A stretch of DNA of 63,101 bases, the filler included, from Reticulomyxa filosa (taxonomy: Eukaryota; Protista; Foraminifera), in assembly GCA_000512085.1 (NCBI GenBank). It is 19 parts of 19 records of this genome, joined end to end, with 100 filler letters (N's around TTAATTAATTAA, not from the genome) between each part and the next. Parts side by side here need not be neighbours in the genome. Positions count along the whole stretch, not along the records: positions 51,757 to 55,735 come from ASPP01006476.1; positions 55,836 to 60,699 come from ASPP01023381.1; positions 60,800 to 61,856 come from ASPP01043947.1; positions 61,957 to 63,101 come from ASPP01040280.1; 15 more parts are not named here. One strand, written 5' to 3'. The translations under genes were made by a program, and so were the position numbers. This document shows, piece after piece, positions 52,240 through 63,101 of the stretch. Below the pieces are notes generated by a model. That model made no database searches, was not told where the DNA came from, and saw only the letters and a program-made list of their open reading frames with translations. Each line of letters opens with the position of its first letter. Positions within the stretch are counted from its first letter, which is position 1.

Positions 52240-53894
52240 ATGCAGAGTGGTGACGGAAGTGAATCATTGATGGTAAGTGAGACATCGGATTATTCAGGCA
52301 TTGAACTGGAAGAGCCGGAGAAATCACAAACGCCCAAGTCATTTGGATCAAATGAATCGCTACTTTCTCAGGCAACGCTATCACAGCTTGATTTAGTTAT
52401 TCGATATTTGAGTGTTTGTATTGCTTGCAATGGTTCAGCACTTTCGCGGTCGTTGCCAAAACAAAAAGATTTGTTTCAATGGGTCGAACAAAAAATTGAG
52501 GTACGATTTTATTTTTATTTTTATTTTTTTTGCTTCCTCCTATGTCAATTTTCTGTCAACAATTCAAACAAATGGAAAAAACATTAACTTTGTTTTGTGT
52601 TTTTGATTTTTTTTTTTAATATCCCACGTTACAGCAAAACGTAACCAAATCAGAAATAGTTTTGTTTTGTTTTTATGTTGTGACGTGTGTGTTAGTGTAG
52701 TGTAATGTACGTATTTGTGGAATACGATGCAAAATAGATCTCAACTTTGACTGTTTGTGCTTTGGTGGGGGGGACAAAAAAAAATGATAATGATAATGAT
52801 AATGACAATGGTGATTTCAGAAACAAGCAAGAAATTTGTTGATTGATTGGTCAGTTTTGAAGGCACGAAATAGTAACCACATAAATACGCAGTTTTGCTC
52901 ATTGAACCATGTTCGAGAATATTTGAAAAAACGTCGGAAACAATTTGTGGAGCGCATGACTCCAAGATCGGGCGCGAATATGAATGGCAATGACGGCCAT
53001 CACAACAGCAGTAACACAAACAACAGTGCAGACGATCAAAAAAGCAATGACACACCAAAAGAAAACAATAAAGAGGTGGATGACGTAGATGACGACGTGA
53101 TTCCACCGACATCAACGGATCACCCCTTATCGTTGTTTGACTCGGAGCTTCCAACTCATCATCATCATGACAGTATAGTGACGCCGATGACCCATGACGA
53201 TTTGACGCCATCTTCCAATGTCGACAATCAAATGGATGTTGGTCATTTGGAGACACATTCTGGTGATACCGTGGGTGATCCTCTGAGTTTGCATGAAAAA
53301 GACAAAGATCCAATAAGGACACAGCCGTTGCGATCCGAAGATGCAGATATTTCTGACACAGAAAATGCCAGCCAAAAAAAAAATGGAGTGACTAAGGAAG
53401 ATATTAGTAATAAAGATACTGGCTTGAGTGGGGACAGTGTCTTGTCAGATAGCTTGTGGGCACTAACGCCATTGTTGATGTGCACTAGCATACCTTCGAC
53501 GTTGGCACCCACCATTTCCACTGAAACCGATTGTCATATGGAAAGTGTCAAAATTGTTCCTAGTTGTTATGATGCCGACCAAAAAGAGAGTAATGAAATT
53601 TTAATGGATAAAATACAACCACCGGCCAAACCTTCCAACATTATTAGCTGCTCCGAAAAATCAAAACCATTGTACGACATGAAAACACAAAGGGTTGAAG
53701 ATCTAGGCTATTTGGAATGGAATTTAAACAAAGTCTCCAACATTGTTGATGAAAATTATTTGCATACAAGCATTGACGACAATAACAAAGACATTGGAGA
53801 ACTCATCCCACGAAATAAGTCCGGTCCATCACCAAAACGAATTTTGTTTTCGTCCATGCCGTTGACTGTCAATGGTGTGGACAACATTCCTTAG
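52240..53894 (+). CDS. Hypothetical protein with a long acidic/Ser-rich disordered C-terminus, multi-exon
   Basis: ORFs 52222..52587 and 52836..53894 are separated by intron-like sequence. No motif recognised. Confidence 0.5.
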
Positions 53895-54729
53895 TCACTT
53901 TCTATTCAAAATTGTAAAAAAAATAATCATAATAATAACAAAAATATTTATACAAAAACAAAAGTAGATGTATGTACAGCGAGCTGCACATGGAGTCTTT
54001 TTCAAATTTTGTTTTTTTTTGGTGTTCAATGTTTAGTTTGTTCTTTACCAATTGTAAGGTTATTTCCTTTTTTTTTTAATTCACTTCATTCCTCTTTTTT
54101 TTTTTTGAAAGGATGTCTCACTTTTGTGGTGTGCGGTTATTCGTATTGTTTAAAAGAATTTTTTGTCCTCTCCAATTAAGCGGCCAAAATCTTGGAATTC
54201 TTTTATAAGTACCAAAGCTTCAAAAAATTTTTTGGGTCATCAATGGCTTGTATTTTTTTATGATTGCGTGGCAAAAAAAAATAACTACTTTGCCGGGTTT
54301 GGCCTTTTCGGCAACAGGCGTTATTTTGAACTGATAATGCCGCATTTGAGGATTAATACCGACAATTTTTGATACCAGGTGTTGCAACGCTAACAATACC
54401 ACAAGATTTGTGACTTTTGCTTGCTTCAACATTTTGTGACAAGAGAAATCCCTTTCTGAATGTTTTTGGGCCAGTTTTTTACAACATCAAGACTGTACTT
54501 AGAGTTTTGAATTGCGATTTTACATTATATTTACTATTCAAATAATTTGCACTTTCTCTGCCTTTTTGGCAAAAAATAAATAAACAACAACCAATAATAT
54601 TTGTTATTAAAAATGGAACTATTTGAATGAATGCATCAAGAACAGACTTTTGACCAATGGTTACACGTAAAAGACGGAGAAAGTGCAGAAAAGGTTAACT
54701 CCTTGTTGAAAGCTTTTCCTTTCTGACGA

Positions 54730-55685
54730 ATGTCTAGAAACAATTTTTGGGATTGTTCCCTGGTTTTCACTAATGATTTTACAATTGCTGCAAATATGGT
54801 GAGAGAATGTATTGCTCTAAAGTATCATGGTGTGCTATTGGACTGTCGACGTAACTATACTGATTTAATTGAAAATGAAGGAGTAAATAATGATTACTTA
54901 AAAGCAGTAAAAAAATTACAAGATTTATATGGATCCCAAATTCAAATAAAAAAAAGGATAACGTAAGAAAAATAAATAAATAAAATATATTATATATATA
55001 TATATATATATATGTATATGTATATAATAAAATATGAAATAGAATTGAAACAGAATCAAAATCAAAATTGAAAGATAACAATCCTGATGAAACAATAATA
55101 AAAATAACAAAATTATTATCAACTCAAAAATTAAAATTATTGGAACAATTTGATTTAATAAGTATTAGTATCGAATCAATTGAAGAATTAATAAAATGTT
55201 GTAATGAATGGAAAATTGTGGATTTAATAAATATAAATAAATTTAAAAAAAAGAATGTAACAATGAATACATTATTAATACAATCTTTACGAAATGCAAT
55301 TAAAGAAAATAATAATAAATTTTTTGAAATATCTTTACAATCTTTGTTATCAATTTCGGATACTAATAATTATTTTGCAATTCAATTTTTTCATTTAATT
55401 GCTCAAGTAATTGGTCCAAATAATATTATTGTTTCATCTGGTGCTTTACAATCATTATATTGTCGTAAACCATTAGATTTGATTCAACTTACTACTTTTT
55501 GTTTTAAAAGTAGTCAAAAGAGATGTATTGAAAAAAATGTTTATCAAATGATATCTGTTATTAAAAATAGAAGATTAGTTCAAGATTGTATATGGAGTAT
55601 TCAAATTGATGAAATGAGTAATGAAGAAAAAAATAAATTAATACCTATGATATCTTCTGAAGCTGTTCAAGAGAAATCTGTTTAA
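54730..55685 (+). CDS. RPP30: RNase P/MRP subunit p30; exons 54730-54962 and 55043-55685
   Basis: In-frame GTAAG..AG intron. Colinear with recalled RPP30: FWDCSL~FADLDL, IALKYHGVLL~AHLGYSVVAI, IKKRITI~ILTRLTI, QFDLISI~LYDVVAV, FFEISL~AFELVY, NNIIVSSGA...RKPLDLIQL~KNVIISSAA...RGPYDVANL. Confidence 0.8.
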
Positions 55686-56344
55686 ACTACAACAATAATA
55701 AAAAATATTACTTTTTTGTAATTATTTATTGCTTANNNNNNNNNNNNNNNNNNNNNNNNNNNNNNNNNNNNNNNNNNNNTTAATTAATTAANNNNNNNNN
55801 NNNNNNNNNNNNNNNNNNNNNNNNNNNNNNNNNNNAGCAGCAGGAAAACCCACAGTCTGGTAAAGGCAGTATCGAGATTTGAACTTGTTTTGGTCAATTA
55901 ATGCTATTAAACCGAAGGATTTATTTTAATTATCAGTATTGTATTAGAGATATACAGATGTTACAGAAAAAAATTGAATAAATAAATTCCATCTTATGAA
56001 AACGATCTATTTTTTTCATGAGAAACATTTAATACTTTTTTTTAATCTTAAAAAAAATAAATCTTCAACTCATTGAGATATTATAATAGCTTTCTGATTG
56101 GATAAAAATATCATTTTTTCATATGATTTTTGAAAATTTTGCATGAATGCAAATAAACAAAACATTTATTTGCAAGATAAAATTTTTAATCTTTTTTTGG
56201 GAATCTTCAAGTCACGTAGATACGTTAAAAAAATTGACTTGTATCTTTCGTAGTTTTTAACAAAATTTTGAAATCTTTTTTTTGATTATTTGAAATTTTT
56301 TTAAAAAAATATTTTTTTGTTAAAAATTTGTTTTTTTGTAATGT

Positions 56345-57138
56345 TTTTACGTTTTCATTTTGCATTGATTACAGCTTCAATTATCCTTGGCATTGACTCA
56401 ACTAGAGCTTGACATAGTTTAGTGTCAGCTTTTTCCCATATTTTTTCAAATTTTTCCAGTCATTTTCATCATTTACATAGTAATTTACACTTTTTAACAT
56501 GTCGTCTTCTAATACCTCTTTATAAATTTCAGAGTTCATACCACCTTCTATCTTGCATGCATTACCAACACCTTTTGCACCAAAACAAACCCAAATCATG
56601 ATACTTCCTCCACCAAACCTAGATCTTTTAATTATTCAAATGTCTACTAAATCTTCGTTTGGTTTTTTCCATAAATATTTTATTAAATCACTTCCACTCA
56701 AATTAATTTTTGTTTCATCTGAAAAAATGACTTTTTTCTATAAATTTGCAAATTATAACATTGCTTTTATATGACTATAATCTAAATCTGGCTTTTTCTT
56801 CTTAGTTACTGCTATCAAATTTCTCTTTATAGTTCTTGCTACAGTTTTATAAGGAACTTTGATTTTACCATCATCATCTAACTCTTTATTGACGTCTTTT
56901 GCAGTTTCGCACTTTCCAGAAACAAGCAATCTCACAATTTTACTCTGAACTCGCAAAGTAATCTTCTCTGACCTGCCAGATCTAGATTTTCTTTTTACAG
57001 TTCAATTATACTTATATGATGCAAAATCGAAGCGAAGCTATACTTACATTAAATTTCTTTGCTATAGATCGAATGCTAGCTCCATCAACCAGCATACCAA
57101 TAGCAACTCTTTCTTAAAAGCACGCAAATGTTCACCAT
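56345..57138 (-). mobile_element. Tc1-family (IS630-Tc1-mariner) transposase pseudogene with an internal deletion
   Basis: HTH region ASIRSIAKKF...RSGRSEKIT, then VIFSDETKINL, GGGSIMIWVCF, MNSEIYKEVL and SMPRIIEAVINAK. The QDND...SPDLNPIE segment is absent. Confidence 0.88.
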
Positions 57139-57249
57139 TTTAAATATCAAAATTTTGAAACGACAACTAAAAACATCAAATAAAGAAAATTAACAAAAAA
57201 AAGGAATTTAATATTTAAAAACTACAAGGTTAGTAGATATTTTTTTAAA

Positions 57250-59025
57250 AAATTAGGTATCCAAGCAAGTAATGTTGAATGAGCACCACAATGCAGTATC
57301 AACAATTTGCAAACTCATGTCGCAGCAATAATGGATCAATTGCAACGTCTGGCAGAAGAAGTAAATTTCAAGAAAGAACAAAATTGTTCCTAGCGGAAAG
57401 TGTAGTTTCCAGAAATATACCCTAACATGAACGAAACGGTATTACATACAGAAGCTCCTATATCTGACCATTAATATAGGTCAAAAATTAGTACACGTGT
57501 TCTTTAGATATAAACAAAATGAGACCGAAAGTTGAAACAACTAGCACGCATCTGATTGATGCAAAAGAAAACGTTGATAACAAGAAGTGGAACTATATTC
57601 AACAGAGTTAGCCGATTTATATTGATTTTTGGATGCAGTTGATAGAATGGAGAAGACAATTATTGAAATGGAAAATGACGTACCAATTTCCTGATGACTT
57701 TTGTGTACATTATGTAGTGGCTCAGTGTCCAAGCAATGAAGTGCAAGACATTGTTACAGCTGCAAATGCAAACATACCATTTAAAGATTTGATGTCATTG
57801 CTGTGTGGAACTTTTGGAGGCAAGCATCATGTTTCAGAGCGTACAGCAGATGTAATATAATTCTAAACTCATTCTAAGGAAGAATATACAGAAATCTTGC
57901 TAAGATAGCATAGAGCAAAATTTGTACTAGCAAGAGAAATAGAATATGCAGAAGAATGCAATGTTCCTGAAAGTAAGAGAATAACACCATTGGATGATAT
58001 GTTAACGCAAGCGCTTCTGTAAGCAATACACGGACAAGCGAGACATATAGTATTGAGCAAAGATCCGAAGACATTGCTAAAACGGAAAGTGCACTCCAAG
58101 AAAGCCAAAGCAAATCCGAAGATGAAATAAGATTAAAACGTTTATCAAAATCTAATTGGTTAATCAATAAAAATTCAGGCACAGTGTTCAAATATGGTGA
58201 CTGCGAGACAATGAACGGGAAAGGCATTTCAAGCAAAATATTATATAATCGTAATTGTATATCAAAAAACATAGCATATATAACAGATAAAAATAAAGAA
58301 AAACATAGTTAGAATGATGAGTGTTGGACTCGCGGTGAACACTGTCACAAAAAAAAGAATGCCTAAGGAAAACAGAAGACAAAGAATTACATGCACTCGA
58401 TAAGCAAAACATAGAGGACATAAATACAAACAATTGCGTACTTCCAATTGTAGTGATTGATATAATAATGCAAAATATGGAGCAATACAAACTAGAGAAT
58501 TAGGAGCCATACAAGCTGTAGCAGATACAGTAGAGTCAATTTGTGCTTTAAATCAGTCGATTGTGCAAAAAATTCAAAGATAGAATAACAAAAAATGGCA
58601 TAGCATTCTTGGTAGCTCGTGTAAGTGGTTCTATCGAACTTCGTAAAAAATTGGATCAATAATAAGTGACCCACAAAACACAAGTGTCAAACCTTTCAAA
58701 GAAAAATTTTATGCTGTAATTGACTCCAAACAGTAAAAGTGCATAGCTAATCAAAAAGCCAATATATATCAAAGTCGGAGCTATCATAAATAAAAAAGCA
58801 TATAAATGTACAATAGTTTTGACATATTGACTTAGAGATGCAGAAATGAAAATTGAGTTGAACCTTTACTTCACCAATAAAAATAGAAAATATCATCTAA
58901 ATCACGAACATCAAGATGAAGTAAAGAAGCAGGTAAAAGAATTAGAGATAGCATAAATAATAAGAAAAAGCTATTCCCAATTTGCGGTACCATTGGCATT
59001 AGTCAAGAAAAAAAGAGGTAGTCAC
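57250..59025 (+). mobile_element. Ty3/Gypsy LTR-retrotransposon relic (gag-like region to the start of RT)
   Basis: YHLNHEHQDEVKKQVKELEIA*IIRKSYSQFAVPLALVKKKRG matches the Gypsy RT N-terminus. Upstream frames are gag-like but fragmented. No LTR identified. Confidence 0.6.
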
Positions 59026-59649
59026 TATTTATTACTACGTATATAAATTATAAAAATTTGTTGTACTTACTATTCGATTTACGTAATAAACAAGTAAATA
59101 ATAGATATCGATGTTAGCACGGTGTTAAGTGAGTTTTCCTTTAAAGCACGTTATTTTCCAGGCTAATCAAATGTTATTGCAGGCTCTTGTTACGTAATCA
59201 TGATGTATTGGAGAAATCAGAACAATTATTAGTAGTTAATAGTTATCAAAATCAAATAATAAAGCATAAATACAACGAAAATCATCTTAACGATCTTCAA
59301 GGTTAAATCAAAAACATTTGAGCTATCACGGAAATAAGATATTTCGACCAATTATTCTTTTCTTTTTTAATATGGATTGCAGTGGGCGTGTCAGTGTTGG
59401 ACTACTCTCTTGCTTCATACTTAACTCGAACTGCTTTTTGCCCTTACTTACGCAAACTCAGGTCTTTCTGGTTAAAAGAGCACATCATTCTAAGAAATAG
59501 AACACAGTACTCAAAAAACACAAAAACAAAAGAAAAACATGCAAAATCTTACAATGTACAAAAGGTCAATGCAAAATAATCAAAAGAAAAACAATAGTTA
59601 TTTCAATTTAAATTGAGATTTGCCTTGAAGAAACTTAACAAATGTTCAA

Positions 59650-60699
59650 CTCAGTCTCTTGGTATTGATACGAACTTGGCCGCTTTCACAACTTTGATTA
59701 TGACATCTCGTTTCCATGATCGATCACCAATAATGAATTGTTTCATTGATAGTGACAATGGAACATTATCCTCATGAAATGATATTAATATCTTTTGACA
59801 ATCCGTAATTGGCAATTTATATGTCATAATCTCATTTGTTGAATATCGAATTGACAACGAACTTGCAATCAGTGAGAATAATCACCCTTTCACAATGTGA
59901 TTTGTAATGATTAATCACATATTCCAATGCAAATCTCATTGCTTCGATATCTGATCCAATGTTTGTTGTAATGCCATTGATTGGATATTCTAATTCCAGC
60001 AATTGTGGTAAACATGGATCATGAATGACAGGTCCTGCTCCTCCAATTGCAGGATTCGGGAATGTACTTCCATCACAAAATATCACATTGCAGTCAAAGT
60101 CCAACGATAACAAAGTTTCATCTGATGTTGGTTCATTGAAGATTGCAAATGGTATCATTGCAATTTGCATTGGATGAATATTTGGGATCTGAATTGAATC
60201 TGGTTCAACGGTCTGCACTCCAGCCTCAGTTTCGTGTATACATCCACTGGATAATGTTGACAATTTACCAGTACATGATATATAATTCAACTGAGTCTTT
60301 AGTCGTGATTCATTCCAAGTCTTGATTCCAACACAAGATTATGACCATTGAATCGACCTGACAATCTGATACAACTTCACCTCTTATTGTCTTCGTCTAG
60401 TTCAATAGAAGGAAGCTGTAAAATAACATTAACTGTGTCACAAACAGTCCAAGAATTAGACACATTGCAATCCGTTGTATCCTTTCCAATCGTCTCTAAT
60501 TCGTGTCTGCTGCACCATTCCAAAATGCCGATGCATACTCGAGATTAGGTCGAATGATTGTCTTATATAATAGAAACAAAATTGTGGATAAAGCATATCC
60601 TTGAGGAATTCCAATATTGAATTCAATAAAATCTGAATTTGTTCCATTTAATACAACTACAGTATATTGCAAAAAAAACCGCCATACCTAAATGGCACT
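59650..60699 (-). mobile_element. 3' part of an RNase H-bearing retroelement (probably non-LTR), decayed
   Basis: VIFCDGSTFPNPAIGGAG...TTNIGSDIEAMRFALE...VIILTDCKFVVNSI is the RNase HI core. The last catalytic segment is deleted. Confidence 0.8.
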
Positions 60700-60799
60700 N
60701 NNNNNNNNNNNNNNNNNNNNNNNNNNNNNNNNNNNNNNNNNNNTTAATTAATTAANNNNNNNNNNNNNNNNNNNNNNNNNNNNNNNNNNNNNNNNNNNN

Positions 60800-61856
60800 C
60801 AGTGATGATTCCATTCATGTGTGGAATATTGTATAACAATATCCTTTCCAATAAAGATCCATCAGGATCGGGTTTATTATATTTTTGGAAATTATTGCAT
60901 TCATCACCTCAAATTGTTCCAATTCATCAAATGATGTTGTTTATGCATTGTTTGGATGCTTGTAAAGCATACACTGATAGTTCATTTCTTTCATCACAAC
61001 TTCGAACTTGTCATAAATCACTTGTTGATTCATTCAAATCATGGATCATTGCTTGGATTCATTTTGATAAGGGCAGAAATTACGTTTATGATTATAGATC
61101 ATTGAATAAAGTAATGGAATTGCATTTACCCAATTTTCAATATGTTTTGCATCATCCAGATATCCACTTGTGTATCATCAATCAAATTAAGATAACTCTA
61201 ACACTTGGTAATCAGAACTTAATAAAAGATAGATTGAATTTATTACAGCATTTGTGTATTTCAACAAAAACTTCAAATGTTATTGTCCAATGTTACAAAC
61301 AAAGTTTTAAAAAACACACTGAGATATGTGCAGACTTACTTTGTGTGATATCAGTGAAATTAAATGAACAACAATTGGATGATGTTATTGAATTGTTCAT
61401 GGATGGAATTAGTGACAAAAATAAAGATATTCATGAAAGCTGTGCATTTTCAATTGCAAAAATAGCATTGAACTTGAATGAGAGACAATTGAATAAAGTG
61501 CTTGAATTTTTGATGAATGCCTTTGAGAGTGGAAAAATTACAATTTGTAATAAATGTGCACACGCACTTGCAACGATTTCATCACAATTGGGAGGAAGAC
61601 AGTTGGATAGTGCATTCCAATGTTTAATTCTTAGGTTTTCTTCATATTTCCATAAAAAAAAAGATTTGAATGATGAAACAGATGCGACTCAATTTATAAT
61701 GAAATTGAAAGAAGAACAATTAGATGAAATTTTTAAATATTTGATTTATGGATTATCCGATGAAAAGGAAGATAAACATCGTAAAAAATGCATAGAATTA
61801 CTTGTTAAACTTTCAACGAAATGGAATGAAAAACAATTGAATGATGCTTTCAATTC
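60800..61856 (+). CDS. HEAT/ARM-like repeat protein, internal fragment
   Basis: Frame open across the whole contig, with ~39-aa repeats KLNEQQLDDV, NLNERQLNKV, QLGGRQLDSA, KLKEEQLDEI and KWNEKQLNDA. Confidence 0.8.
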
Positions 61857-63101
61857 NNNNNNNNNNNNNNNNNNNNNNNNNNNNNNNNNNNNNNNNNNNN
61901 TTAATTAATTAANNNNNNNNNNNNNNNNNNNNNNNNNNNNNNNNNNNNNNNNNNNNTATCATCATCGAATTCACAAGTGGAATATCTTTGGTGGCCGAAT
62001 TTTCACATTCCATTGCATATTGTATCTTGACTGTTATCCAAGCATTGAACTACGCAAGACTTGAATGGTGTAATGGGAGCATTGAGCGTTTTGTCTTCTA
62101 CAACAAATGGTACAGGTGCTGTTCGCAGACACTTGGGTATATTCGACAATATCGCTACTCAAATTACTTGCTCGCCAAATTCGTGTCGCCACAAGCAATC
62201 AAATACCAAACGTGACCGACCAACTTATTGTAATAAAGCTTCCAATTTATCAACGTCATCATCGTCGGATATGCGTATTATTGGGTAAAGGCACTGCTGG
62301 GATACTATTTGGATGCAATTGCATACAGCAACGTCCGGGTTGGAATCAGACCCGGCAATTTCTGAAGCCTCTCAACAAATTGGTAAATTGGTATCTCGTG
62401 AGAAATTAACAACTACATCGCCGTCATATCGAGGATGAAGGAGATAACGTGAATCCATATCTGTCGACAGAACGTGTCGTTATCCAACTTGGTCTTCTCT
62501 TGATGCTTATCACAATTACATATCAAAAGTGTATTTTGTGATAAGATTGCACAACCAAAGAAATGAAAGAGATAACTGTTGACATAGTGGATGCACCTTT
62601 AGACAACGATCGCAAAGAATGATGGAGATATTCAAGTGGATACATATTCCATAGGTTGAAACTTTCATTGGACATGCAATTCATTATTCAAATTCAAACA
62701 TAGAATGGATATACGTTATCCAGAACAATTGAGGGGGGATGGAGAGAAAAAAAGCATAGAAAATAGAAAAAAAAGAACAAAAAGCGAACAGAAGTGAAGG
62801 AGATTAGCTCTTTTTGAAGGTTGGTGTTGATGTATGTTGTTTGTATCATATTTGTAATGGTTGTAATATATCCATCAAAACAAGCCCTTTCATTGTGAAA
62901 TGATTTACATTAGGTTTGGAGATTAAGAAGGGAAGGATAAAAGAAAATAAAAGAAGAATGAAAGAGTTGTTTAGAGCACATGGACTAGTACAAGCAATAT
63001 AGCAAGTGATAATGGATCGCATAAAAACGAATGGCAATGACAAAGTCTTGGTACAAAGAAGTGTGGTTCTATTGTAAGAAGCAAGGCATGTGTCCACGTC
63101 C

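Noticed and set aside
54613-54729. Two in-frame TGA codons upstream of RPP30 suggesting readthrough or selenocysteine
   Set aside because: RPP30 homology begins at ATG 54730, so the upstream stretch is best read as 5' non-coding sequence.

Overview
This window is not one contiguous locus. It is 19 short (about 1-7 kb) contig pieces joined by 18 identical artificial 100-bp spacers (N44-TTAATTAATTAA-N44), so adjacency across a spacer has no biological meaning. The DNA is AT-rich and eukaryotic, with short spliceosomal introns, microsatellites and homopolymer runs. EFL, a WD40 family-type gene, TPR, HEAT and caspase-like sequences and a heavy pseudogene load suggest a foraminiferan such as Reticulomyxa filosa (inference). 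Recognisable genes: a WD40 protein, a globin-fold protein, importin-alpha, a P4-ATPase flippase, a TRRAP/Tra1 fragment, NME7, a PATROL1/DUF810-like protein, an EHD ATPase, RPP30 and a HEAT-repeat protein. Decayed sequences: PP1, CAP-Gly, EFL, actin, a PUB/RasGEF-REM gene, LAMMER kinase, TPR, a caspase-like protease, SERCA, two non-LTR retroelements, a Tc1 transposase and a Ty3/Gypsy relic. The most unusual signal is a 4.3-kb patchwork (37430-41730) of intron-retaining fragments of unrelated housekeeping genes, including an actin-to-EFL junction at a microhomology. Other leads are a globin with Tyr at the proximal-His position, an NZF-PUB-REM domain order, a 15-bp array that reads as a pentapeptide repeat, and block-wise synonymous codon switching inside one exon. 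I found no prokaryotic operon, CRISPR array or RNA gene. All family calls come from manual motif recognition, not database searches, and many boundaries are approximate.
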